A stretch of 64,000 nt of DNA from the NCBI GenBank assembly GCA_030141605.1, contig JAQGDQ010000809.1:29315-93314 (forward strand), given 5' to 3'. Both the position numbers and the translations under genes were made by a program. The DNA comes from Tubiluchus corallicola (Eukaryota > Animalia > Priapulida). Under the pieces are notes generated by a model. It made no database searches and was not told the DNA's origin. It saw nothing but the letters and a program-made list of their open reading frames with translations. Every line of letters starts with the position of its first letter. Position 1 is the stretch's first letter. Positions 25,589 to 37,342 of this stretch are shown here, one piece after another.

Positions 25589-28500
25589 TTATTTCGCCAG
25601 GGTATATTCGACCATACGTGACGCTTGACTTAGAGGAAAAGGAAACCTCGTTAACTCCACCAACAAAGCCATATGTTGAAACAAATTAGTGTTGATGTGC
25701 ACTTCTTCAAAAAGTAGCATAAGTGAAAAATCTAATTTAGCTGATGCACACGCAGGTGAAGCTGCTATTGAGTTAATATCTTGTAAGTATTCCGGTAATG
25801 TCCGTAACGTGCTAGGAATCATCTTGCCTGTGTTTGAAGAATTGCGTTATCTTTGCAAACAAGCAATATCTAAATCAATTTAACAAAAGTTATCAGATGG
25901 GGACATTTTCGAAGAGAGGCCATTACTTAGACAGTAAAATGGCGTTAAGGTAACAGCAAACTTTATTAGGTTAACACACAAACAGGAACGTAAAATCCCA
26001 TACACAATCCAAAAAAACCTGCATCATTGCGTGTCGGAAATCCCCATCCAGGCGGTAAATTAACATCGCCATCTACAGGTAATAGCAGTAAAACATCATG
26101 GCTTTACCTCTTACAATTTGTGATAAAAATTAATGAAACGTAAACTACAAAAGTAATGATTTTTATTGTAAGACAATCAAACTGAGTAACATAAAATATT
26201 CCATAGTTTGTAAGTCGAACAGTTAACCGCCAAGTCATGAACTGTACCATATGGGAATATACATGTACTAAAACGAACTCGACATTGACTGACAGAGCAG
26301 GACTTTCGACTCGAGTCGAACTTGTTCTTTTACTCTTCTTAGTTCGCTGCATTTGTAACTAAGTTTAAGACAGTTGGCTAAAACTCGGCTTTTAAAAATT
26401 TATGGAAAATGTGGACATAGAATGTAGTGCTGTGTTCAGATTAAACTTATTTTTACCGGTAGGGCACATATAATTATCTTTTGAGACAATATACAGGCCT
26501 TAATTAAAGCCTAACAGGCCACCAACCAATTTAGCATTTTCAAGTATTAGTTTACTCACATTGGACCAGTTCTCAACTAGCAAGATGAATTTGCAATTAA
26601 TTAAGAGCCTGAATAAAAATGTAATGAAATAGTTAAAAATAATGTACGAGATAACGAATTAATGATGGATAAATCCAGTGTTTTAACTTGAAACCGAATT
26701 AAATCGAAAATAAGAAATATGGAAAAATCTTTACTAAGCTTGGATTTGAACAGGATTCCTTGAGTGGTCTCCCATCATTAACACCGGACCACACAGTCCT
26801 GAAGTTTATTCCTAATAATATTAATTAATGATCGAGTGAATACACATTTATCAAATTTTCGAAAAGTAGAAACAGTCGGGACTGCCTCTCTACGTGCTCC
26901 GAGATCTTCTGGATTAAAATTCCGGCACAAAGACCACTAACAGAAATTCAGTTGAAAGTCATTCGTAGCCTCAAGCCTTTACATGCAAGCTTACCTTTAA
27001 TCTCTTTGGTTGAGTAACGCAATTGTCCTTTATGCTCGCCAAGTTCTCTACTATAATATCCTAAACAAAATATCATTTTAAATTATTTACAGACTGCATA
27101 GTCTAATACGCGAATTCATGGAAGAGGGACGTTCCTGGCAAAGCTGAGGCCGATTCTAGCACGACATGTACACCACCTGTAATTTTATCGTTGTGTAAAA
27201 GATTCTTAGTATTAACTTAAATGGGACGGGCAAGTTGCAAGATAGAACTTTCGTCCATCGACCTAACATTCCCAGCTAGATCGAATGAACGCAAGTACTA
27301 TGAATATTGGTGACTAAACCTGCTCATTTGACTCTCAGAAATCCTTGCTTCAGCTTATCAAGATATTTGAATGCATACACCTGTAATATACAAGATACAA
27401 GGTACAAGATACAATACAAAATAATATGCCCTTATACTTAGAACTGAAGGCGAAACAGTCCTTCACAGGTCATAAAATTATATTATTTAGGCGACAATTT
27501 TGAAATGGGACATCTGGGCGTCTTAAAAACTATAATATATGTGAGAATGAAATTTTCTGAATTAGTTTTTGTATAAGAGGCCTTTTTTAGAAAACGTGTT
27601 TACAATGTTATTCCTTTTTTGCAAAATTTCGTTTCGCTAATTCTGAAAGTATAATTTTTTATTATGCAAGACACTCTAAGCCAATTATACGTAATGATAT
27701 ATAACACCCTAACATATGGATCACCGTAACCGGCATTGGAGTCTAGAACTGACGTCTACAGGTGATAATTATAGGACTTGGCGCTAGAAGTCTTGGAGCC
27801 AGTTTCAAGGCCTTGCTTTCTATTCGTACTTACCATCTTCTATACCAGTCTGTGTTATCAAAGCCATGCCAAAAAGAATTCCAGCAACCAAAACCTGTAA
27901 AGTGAAGATAGCATTATCACAGTTAGAACCGCATTAACAGATTTTTTACATAACAGCACACTTATGTTATCATGACATCAACATCACAGACAAACAACAA
28001 AAAGAGACAAACTATTGCAAATCACCTAATCTGTAACGGCACACACATGCAAAATTACCGCCAAAGGAAAAGGGTCATCAGGTGAGTCACCGGGAAAGAT
28101 TCAGATTTTGGTCCCTACTCATTATCCTCAAACTCTCCTGGCGAGAGCCAGTCACATTGAATGCCCAACCTTAGATGTCAATGTGATAACTACAGACAAC
28201 ACGTAACACAAAGCACACACAGAACATCAACGTAAACCAACTGCAACAATGACAAAAGAAGAGAAGGGGTTCCTACAACAAGACCACAAAGCGACAAAAG
28301 GCTAGACAAGTTTCTCATTACCAAAATCGCATCAAGGCAACAGCCACTTGCTTAACTGAATACCAGCCGAACTCATACAAAAGAAAGCGGTGGCTTTTAA
28401 AAACATTTTCACAAGATTGAAGAGACTCGTCGTAGAGCAGTGGTTCCCAAACTTTCTCGGACCGTTACCCAAATCGGGAAACCCGGTCGTGTCCATTACC

Positions 28501-29213
28501 CCCCACCTAGTACTACTCTCCAAATCAAAAAGTAAACACACGTATATGCCACAAGAAAACTACGTAAAATGCATTCCGAGCGAAGTTTTAAAAATTTAAC
28601 GGGTGCCCGTTACCCCCCCCCCCCCCAAAAAAAAACCATATTACCCCCGGGGGGTAATTTACCCCTACTTTGGGAACCACTGTCGTAGAGTAACCACTGT
28701 TTGATATAATTTTATACAACCTAGATGCCCTAACTAAAAACCCCTCTTTACTTGCACATAACCCGGCATACCTAAGTAATTGACCAGAAACCACATTATA
28801 ACCTATCTTAAGTGGAACATTACTAAAAGGAAAAGAATACATAATGATAGGAAAGGAGAAATCAGCAACTTTATGAAAAATATTTGTTTCATAACCTAAT
28901 AACCTACCAGTGATTGTTACTGAAACATCCAAATAATTAACAGACTTATCATTGCGCTACTAAGTGTTGCAATTAAACTCTGGGTAAATGTCAGAAATCA
29001 AAATTTCAAAAAATTCACAATTAACCATACAAATATCATCGATGTATCTACAGGTATTAGAAAGTGTTTTAGTCAGACCAAACTTTTTCTGTTTTAGTAA
29101 TTTCTGCATAAACTTACAGAATATCATCTAATATTGGACTACAATTTACCACCAAATATATTTCACTTAAATTTGATAAGACTTACCAGCTTATTTATTA
29201 ATATCGACAGCAT
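25589..29213 (-). CDS. Four-exon model for a secreted protein (29213-29187, 27894-27834, 27060-26995, 25827-25589), 130 aa as read; may be the frameshifted 5' part of a longer gene
   Basis: Consensus donors (gtaagt, gtaagt, gtaagc) and acceptors in compatible phases give MLSILINKL|VLVAGILFGMALITQTGIED|GYYSRELGEHKGQLRYSTKEIK|GKMIPSTLRTLPEYLQDINSIAASPACASAK...TLAK*. Exon lengths 27+61+66+239 = 393 nt. N-terminus looks like a signal peptide. Confidence 0.6.
26737..26801 (-). mobile_element. tRNA-derived SINE-head-like remnant
   Basis: Minus strand has an A-box-like TGTGGTCCGGTG and a B-box GTTCAAATCC at tRNA-like spacing; stems incomplete. Confidence 0.3.
27950..29120 (-). mobile_element. 5'-truncated Penelope-like retroelement (RT C-terminus plus 3' region), interrupted by a MITE
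   Basis: Minus strand reads TCRYIDDIC...NYLDVSV...FSFPIIMYSFPFSNVPLKIGYNVVSGQLLRYAGLCASKEGFLVRASRL...SGYST/SLFNLVKMFLK. YIDD, YLD and SNxP...QLxRY are PLE RT/thumb motifs. Confidence 0.8.
28438..28682. mobile_element. hAT (Charlie-type) MITE, 245 bp
   Basis: Perfect TIR CAGTGGTTCCCAAA / TTTGGGAACCACTG and perfect 8-bp TSD TCGTAGAG (28430-28437, 28683-28690). Confidence 0.95.
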
Positions 29214-31493
29214 AATTCATGGTAGTTGGAATGATCTAAATATCTATTTGTGATAGTCACTAGGCAGAAACGCAAGAGAAGAGTAACCATGCAGCTTAGA
29301 AAAATCGTTTTTTCTTAAAATGGCTCAGAGCTAGTTTGTCTGCGATATCTCCAAAAGTGTCACTTGACAAATAGCTGTTACGGTTGCAGTGGCCAATTGA
29401 CAAAGTTTTTCTTGCCCGTTAGCACCAATAGAAGGTTGTACGACTTCCTCGTTTAAAGAAACTTGCTGCCAGTATGGTAAGTATGAGGGCACATTGTGTT
29501 TACGACAACATTTAGAAACGGACTTCGCACACGAGGCTATAATAATATTTACATCATCTTTATGGCTGCGCAATTAAAGCTCCAATCTGAGTATAGGCCA
29601 GCAGTTAAATCCACTTTTTCCGAAATATTTGCAAGCCAACTGTCTTTAACTAAAGGACGAAGTCTTCAAGCTATAATGCTTCAATAATTTAGGATTAAAG
29701 TAAAAATGAATTTTTTCTCCTGGATAAAATTCGTTTGATGAAACACAGATTTGCCATTGCGCATCTCGCATGAATTGATTCAGCAAACTCCTAATACTGG
29801 AGCCATGAGTTTGCGTGCCAGAATACCATCCCCAAAACTCCATGTGTCACACATTTTGCGAAAAATAAAATTACTATGTTAGGTTTTGTGATTTGATTAG
29901 GTGTTAATGCTTTACCGTTTGAAATAACCTATCCTTCATATAAATGAAAAAACTTACCGGAAATGTAATTGATACTCATCATAGTTTCCATAGTCTAATA
30001 TAATATGTGTAATATGTGCCCTAATAATGATCTTCTTCATATATATATATATATATGGGAGAATGTATGGTGTGTTCTTAATTCTGCTTATTTTGCTTAA
30101 AATTGGTTTAGTTGGACTTTTATTTTAAACTATGTCACTGTGCGAGTGTGTCATCTCACAAAGCTTATTGTTACGTAAGTTCAAGGTTAGATATTCAGTA
30201 TAATTCGTGGCTAATAGCTAAGCCGGGACAATGAGCTCTGGCTTTAAGAACTGCTTTCTTCACATTTATTATAATAAATGTTATTAATAATTATCTACAT
30301 TAATTTCATATTTTTATTAAAGCCTGGGCTCATTTGCCCAATATTAGCCAGTGTAAGACATTAGCCCATTTTTATCCTATAATTTGTAAAGTTAATTTAA
30401 AGATTGTAAACGATTGTTTTGACATGGCTCAAATGACATGAGCCATAATAAGAAACGGAGTCCGTCTGCGCAAGAAGTTAGTAAATAAGGTAAGGGAAAA
30501 ATAGATTAACTAAGATGTGTTAGCAAACTATGTTATAGAACTTAAGCATTACTAGAGACGAATAAGCAGCATTTTGATTAACTGTGTTGTTCAGTAATTG
30601 CGCGCTATTGTGTGCACTGAAAAAAAGTTAAGCGAAATACACAAAATACTTTAAATAACGCTGTTTTTGTGCAAACCTGTTAGATTGCCTGTTGAACATA
30701 ACTCCAGAAGAAGAGACGTCGGCTTTGATGAAGTACATACTGGGCTAGACTGCATTCAGGAAATCTTAGTCCCTCAATGGGAGTATATTACCCAGGCTTA
30801 TCTAATTCCTCCTTCTTTAATTTAAGATAAAATAAATACAACAGTCACTGAAAATATGATCCTTTCATATTATTATATTACTCGTAATAATATGTAACAT
30901 GATTCTTTTATTGTATTGTATTGCTTCTAAAATATTTCTACATAATTATAAGATTGATATTCAAATGGTGCTAGTAAAATTAAGTCCTAAATCCTATAGT
31001 ATTTAACTTAGACTTTTCAAGCTAGACAGATTGGACACAAACTAAACACTAAAAACATCAATTAATCGACATCTGCCAATATTTATCACATTAAAGGTTA
31101 ATTTTTGCATATCCCTAACTATATTATTTATTTGTTGGAAATTATCCCTTCTAAAAGCCGCTTAAAGAAAATTTCTAGATGTTCTGTCAACCAAACTGCA
31201 GGGCAAGAATACAATTAGTTTTGAAATTAAATAATCAAAAAAATTTAACGTTATTAAGGAATAAATTTAATTACAACCCGGGTATTGTAATTCGAACTCA
31301 TTAACAGCAGGAATTCCTTGCACAAATTGTCTAAAATCCACAAAATATTACTGGTGTTTAAATTGCCATTAAATGATTAGGAATTTGTTAAACAAATGTT
31401 TTTAGATCATTAATCGTGCATTTATTTTACAGTTAAAGTCGTGTTAGTCAATGACAATTTCATAAGAGTGCACTTAATTTCAGAGATAGGTCT

Positions 31494-31497
31494 TTCT

Positions 31498-31591
<94 letters not shown>
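31494..31591. repeat. (CT)n microsatellite, ~95 bp
   Basis: Directly visible; explains the poly-SL/ER ORFs. Confidence 0.99.
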
Positions 31592-31594
<3 letters not shown>

Positions 31595-32624
31595 CTCTGT
31601 GTAATATGTGTTGTTTGATTGTTTCGTTGCTTGTAATGTATTCAATTGGATGTAGAGCAATAATAATGGTTCAGCCAGCATAAAGTTTTCGTCCCGCTTT
31701 TATATGACAATCATTTAATTTGCTCGGGAGTGATGCTGATAAGCCACTAGCTGGCATAGCAGTGTCTAGTTTTTTTGCTGGGTTACTGATGTGTTTACAT
31801 TTGTATTTATTTTATTTATTTGAAAGTTCTGCCTGCCCAGAGCTTACAATAGACGTAATGGGTATCATGATGATGATGACGATTAAAGGAATTTTGTTAC
31901 GTCCTGTATAATAGGACTTCCCATTTTAATTCGGCTTTTCCTACATACCATTCTTTGCCAAATGAGCATTCTTCGAAAATTTTAATTAATTTTTGTCATC
32001 ATTTCGAGTTTTATTTTATGTCTTGTTTTCTAGCTCCTAGTCGGTTTGTAATCATAAAATTATGAAATAAAACCAGCTTGAAATAACATTAAAAAAGCGA
32101 ATGAAGGCGTGCCATATTGTAAGAAGGTGTTTAAGGCAAAATAAATTTTGCGTCGCTATGATAAACAAAGAAAGGAAATTGTTGCTTTTTGGTTTCAAAC
32201 ACTCCTGTGCAAGAAGCTGTTGAGTATCGAATGGCCTGAAAAAAATTTCAGAGTGATCTATTCGGTGTGATAAAGAAAGTTTTTCTAAAGTAAGCAAACT
32301 AGATGGCTGCATTGGAACATGGAAGGAAATTGCATTTTAAGGTGTCCTGCAGAGTCTGCACTTCACGTGGGATTACCTATAAATCTTAAGAATACTAATC
32401 CATTGTTTAATAATTGAGGATTACGTGCCGGCTTAAGACATAATATTATGTAGAATCTAGTTATAAGGCCTATAATTTGGGTGACTTTCTCACTGTTATA
32501 CTATAGTCCCCACACGATACTAGCGCCCTTTTGCATGAACAGCATACAGTAAAAACACCAACCAAGTTTATTTTGCAAATTGCTCAATTCAGTGGCATAT
32601 TACAAAAAATTATTTTTTGTTGCT

Positions 32625-33775
32625 TTCAATTCAATTCAATTCAATTCAATTATTTATTATCTCCGTTAGAACGATAAAAATACAGTATAAAGAATACATG
32701 GAATATTTTGAAGCAAAGGAGAAGGGCAGCGAAGAACCCGTAGGTTATCAAGTCAGCCACCCTTAAATAGTTATGATTAAATAAACTTAATTATGGCGTC
32801 GTTATCAATTTAAATTTGTATTCAGTTGATGTGTGTTAATTTGGCAATTGAATGATAGGTATCGTAATACTGTAGAACATATAGTTTAAATAACGAAAGA
32901 TTTACAATTCTAAAATACTATGAATCATGCGAAGCAAACACAATAAAAATAACTTGAGATTTTTAAGATAACAGAATATGCATAATTTGAGCATTAACTA
33001 AAAAATCCGGCAAAAACAAAAAACAGTAAAATGATCAACCAAAGCTGTCGAGAAAAAATATAATAGATTAAACCAAGGAAAAATAAGGCAAATATAAATC
33101 ATACAAAACAAAACAAGAAACAGAAGCAAATAAGAAAAACAAAACTGAAATGTTGTAATAATAACATCAATGACTGAATTTGTTGAGAAAGAAAATATAA
33201 TAAATTAAACCATCGAAAAACTACTTCAACTGTAAATTAGACAAAATGAAATCAAAATATAACAAAAACTTAAACAAAATCTTTAAGTGTCGTAGCAATG
33301 AAAAAAATATGTATAGTATTACAAGTATATAAGCAAAATGTCTCATTTATTTGTATCCTGCAATAAGTTGTTTTTTATAGTTTAAAATTAACTTTTTGTA
33401 TTTACTGGACTTTAACTGGTCTGGTAATGAATTCCACAGCAAAGATCCTTGGTGTTTTAAAGAATTCTGGCCTTTAGATGTGTTGAATCTTTCAATAAAA
33501 TAAGATTGGGTTGTAGCAAACCTAGTAGAGTGGTGATGCATGTGACATGCTAAAGTATAATAATTGCTGAAGAGATCTGGAAGTGAATTATTTTTGAATT
33601 TATGTACAAACTTGAGCAATTCTAATTTATACAGATCATGAACTTTTAGTAGATTTAGTTGCAAATACAAAGGTGTTACATGTTCCCTTTTGCTAGTAAA
33701 TGTTATAAGTTTGATAATCTTGTTTTGTTTAGAAACCAATGATTTTAAGACCGATGCTGAAGCACTACCCCAGGC
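32625..33775 (-). mobile_element. 5'-truncated CR1-type LINE with 3' UTR and (TTGAA)n tail
   Basis: ORF 33347-33739: QNKIIKLI...EHVTPLYLQLNLLKVHDLY...HHHSTR...GSLLWNSLP. Tail TTCAATTCAATTCAA on + at ~32625. A 3'UTR motif GTCAGCC(A/G)CCC is shared with the LINE ending at 54467. Confidence 0.85.
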
Positions 33776-33959
33776 TTTGTTCTACATTACCACTTGGTAA
33801 ACATAGCGTTGTTATGCAGATGGTCTCTGTATCTAGCGGGTGAAACTGCAAATGGGTGGATTTATTTCACACTATGATTAAGTAATAAAGATGTACTTAA
33901 GTGCTGCAGTGAGTTTGGTGACAGATTACGTCTAGCGATCGACACTTATATTCCATTAC

Positions 33960-34860
33960 ATGTAACAAATGGACCCCAAACCAAAATGGTTCAATAGCAA
34001 AATAAAGTTTAAGCTTAAAAGGAAGAAAGTTACCCGGAGAAATCATGAAACTATGAAATTATGACTTTGAAATGTATGTAAGAGCCATGAAAGAGGCAAC
34101 ATTGACAGTGATAACAGCAAAACCGAATTTCGAACAGAACCTCTGCTATGAATCCAAAGGAAATCCCATACTTTCTGGGCGTAAACTCCAATATGATTAA
34201 AAGGGAGGGAGTGTAACCACTAAAAAGAGCAGATGGAAGTATAGCATTTAAGGAGCAAAAAATGGCTAATGAATTACGGAAATTTTTTTCTCAGTTGCCA
34301 CTAATTACAGAACACAAGCTTGGTGTGCTATATGTAACAGAAATGGAACTACGAACTAAAATTAAATGTATGAAGGGAAATACTGCAATGGGAACAGATG
34401 GCATACATGCTACTGTTATTAAGAAGAACGAAGACTGTCTAATTTATCCTATGCTATTTATTATGAATCTAAGTTTAGCAATAGGTATTTTACCTACAAG
34501 CTGGAACTTGAAGTGTGCACATGTGTCTGCTATCTTTAAAAAAGGGGATCGGGAACTAGCAAAAAATTATTGACTTATAACTATAAGCCTTACTTCAGTT
34601 GTTTGCAAATTGGTTTCAAGGAATGTCAACGGATAAGATTTTTTGACCATCTTATAAAATACAATTTAATCAGCAATAAGCAGTACGGGTTCAGGTCAGG
34701 AAGATTATGCATAACCAGTCTCTTGCAATCACTAGAAGAATGGATAGATATACTTGATAATAATGCCGAGGTCGATGTAATTTACTACAGTTTCCTCAAA
34801 GCATTTGATAGAGTCCATTTAAGATTACTTAGTAAGTTAGAGCCATATATCATTGAATTG
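33960..34860 (+). mobile_element. Degraded CR1 LINE internal RT fragment
   Basis: AMGTDGIHATVIK...LPTSW...AIFKKGDRELAKNY, QYGFRSGRLCITSLL and VDVIYYSFLKAFDRV (RT domains 0-3), with frameshifts. Confidence 0.85.
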
Positions 34861-35102
34861 GATCCTTGCGTAAGAGTGTGAGCTCATTTATTGCCTTGTG
34901 TGAGAACAAACTGATCAGCGATTTTTAATGTTGGTTATTTTGTCACACTAAATAAATCGATTAAACGTAAAAGCAGTCACATTGAAATATTCTGCAGTCT
35001 TGTTTATCTTTGAAACTTAATGAGGCACACTTTTTGTACATTTTTACTTGTTGGATGAACATTTTTCTGCTTTAGAGTAGAAGGTTTACATAAGTTTTTA
35101 CC

Positions 35103-36790
35103 AATAAACTTGATCTCATACAGAAATTGATTGAGTTTATCCAATGTTTCTAGTGTGTTGCTCAACCTATAAACCTGATCTCATACAGAAATTGATTGAG
35201 TTTATCCAATGTTTCTAGTGTGTCGCTCAACCTATAAACCTGATCTCATACAGAAACTGATTGAGTTTATCCAATGTTTCTAGTGTGTCGCTCAACCTAT
35301 AAACCTGATCTCATACAGAAACTGATTGAGTTTATCCAATGTTTCTAGTGTGTCGCTCAACCTATAAACCTGATCTCATACAGAAACTGATTGAGTTTAT
35401 CCAATGTTTCAAGTGTGTTGCTCAACCTATAAACCTGATCTCATACAGAAACTGATTGAGTTTATCCAATGTTTCTAGTGTGTCGCTCAACCTATAAACC
35501 TGATCTCATACAGAAACTGATTGAGTTTATCCAATGTTTCTAGTGTGTTGCTCAACCTATAAACCTGATCTCATACAGAAACTGATTGAGTTTATCCAAT
35601 GTTTCTAGTGTGTTGCTCAACCTATAAACCTGATCTCATACAGAAATTGATTGAGTTTATCCAATGTTTCTAGTGTGTTGCTCAACCTATAAACCTGATC
35701 TCATACAGAAACTGATTGAGTTTATCCAATGTTTCTAGTGTGTCGCTCAACCTATAAACCTGATCTCATACAGAAACTGATTGAGTTTATCCAATGTTTC
35801 TAGTGTGTCGCTCAACCTATAAACCTGATCTCATACAGAAACTGATTGAGTTTATCCAATGTTTCTAGTGTGTTGCTCAACCTATAAACCTGATCTCATA
35901 CAGAAACTGATTGAGTTTATCCAATGTTTCTAGTGTGTCGCTCAACCTATAAACCTGATCTCATACAGAAACTGATTGAGTTTATCCAATGTTTCAAGTG
36001 TGTTGCTCAACCTATAAACCTGATCTCATACAGAAACTGATTGAGTTTATCCAATGTTTCTAGTGTGTTGCTCAACCTATAAACCTGATCTCATACAGAA
36101 ACTGATTGAGTTTATCCAATGTTTCAAGTGTGTTGCTCAACCTATAAACCTGATCTCATACAGAAACTGATTGAGTTTATCCAATGTTTCTAGTGTGTCG
36201 CTCAACCTATAAACCTGATCTCATACAGAAACTGATTGAGTTTATCCAATGTTTCTAGTGTGTCGCTCAACCTATAAACCTGCTCTCATACAGAAACTGA
36301 TTGAGTTTATCCAATGTTTCAAGTGTGTTGCTCAACCAGTAAACCTGATCTCATACAAAAACTGATTGAGTTTATCCAATGTTTCAAGTGTGTTGCTCAA
36401 CCAATATACTTGATCTCATACAGAAACTAATTGAGTTTATCCAATGTTTCAAGTGTGTTGCTCAACCAATATAATTGATCTCGTACAGAAACTGATTGAA
36501 GTTTATCCAATGTTTCAAGTGTGTTGCTCAACCAATATACTTGATCTCATACAGAAACTGATTGAGTTTATCCAATGTTTCTAGTGTGTCACTCAACCTA
36601 TAAACTTGATCTCATACAGAAACTGATTGACTTTATCCAATGTTTCAAGTGTGTTGCTCAACCAATATACTTGATCTCGTACTGAAACTGATTGAGTTTA
36701 TCCAATGTTTCAAGTGTGTTGCTCAACCCATAAACTTGATCTCATACAGAAACTGATTGAGTTTATCCAATGTTTCAAGTGTGCCGCTCA
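35103..36790. repeat. 65-bp minisatellite, ~26 copies (AAACCTGATCTCATACAGAAACTGATTGAGTTTATCCAATGTTTCTAGTGTGTCGCTCAACCTAT)
   Basis: Period 65 confirmed (unit starts 35301, 35366, 35431). No unique spacers. Central copies near-identical, right-hand copies more divergent. Confidence 0.98.
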
Positions 36791-37184
36791 AGAGTTGTTT
36801 TGGCATACAATCGAATGCACTTTTAATATTGTATAACATGGCGCCCATTGATTGGCTCTCAATTTGCTCAAGTCTAGCAATCTTTCTCTGAGACAGTGGG
36901 CACAACGTCATTTAGACTTTTATAAGTTTTTAATGCGATTTGCTATTTTTACAGTGTCTGTTGGTCTAGAACCTAAAACAGATCATGGAAGATATGGAAG
37001 AAGCCGTCATGAGAAGTTCCGTGCTGGAATTTCAGAAAAAGAAGATAAATCTGGTAGTAACATATTTCTAATTTGTGTACTTGCATGTCAGAATCGCCCG
37101 TATGTCGGCAATTAAAGTACAAGAAAACCCTAGTGATGCCCCTGATATCAGCTTGCAAATGAATGTCTTGCAGAAAAAACCTAC

Positions 37185-37342
37185 CTCTCCAAGAACTCTC
37201 ACATGTTCCATGTAGCACTCTTGCACGGCTAACGATTTACCCTCCAATCCAACAGTGGGAGCAGCTTCAAGATGGCCACCAATAGGGCAGGAAAATACTT
37301 CGCAAACACGTCGGAGTCAATTGTAGCTGACATTAATATTAC
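37185..37342 (-). pseudogene. Isolated frameshifted exon of a DEAH/RHA RNA helicase (TDRD9/spindle-E-like)
   Basis: Bounded by ttttag and gtaggt. Reads VILMSATIDSDVFAKYF/CPIGGHLEAAPTVGLEGKSLAVQECYMEHVRVLGE, i.e. helicase motif III (SAT) and the following EG..xV..Y segment. Length 158 nt, one short of an in-frame 159, with the shift after YF. Confidence 0.7.

Noticed and set aside
25046-26801. Two tRNA-like segments as true tRNA genes
   Set aside because: Only box-like motifs; acceptor and anticodon stems do not pair, so they are treated as SINE remnants.
29331-29843. Two same-frame minus-strand ORFs (~170 codons with two stops) as a pseudo-exon
   Set aside because: No recognisable motif or clear splice sites; left unassigned.
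35103-36790. 65-bp array as a CRISPR array
   Set aside because: Units are repeated end to end with no unique spacers, there are no cas genes, and the context is a spliced eukaryotic genome.
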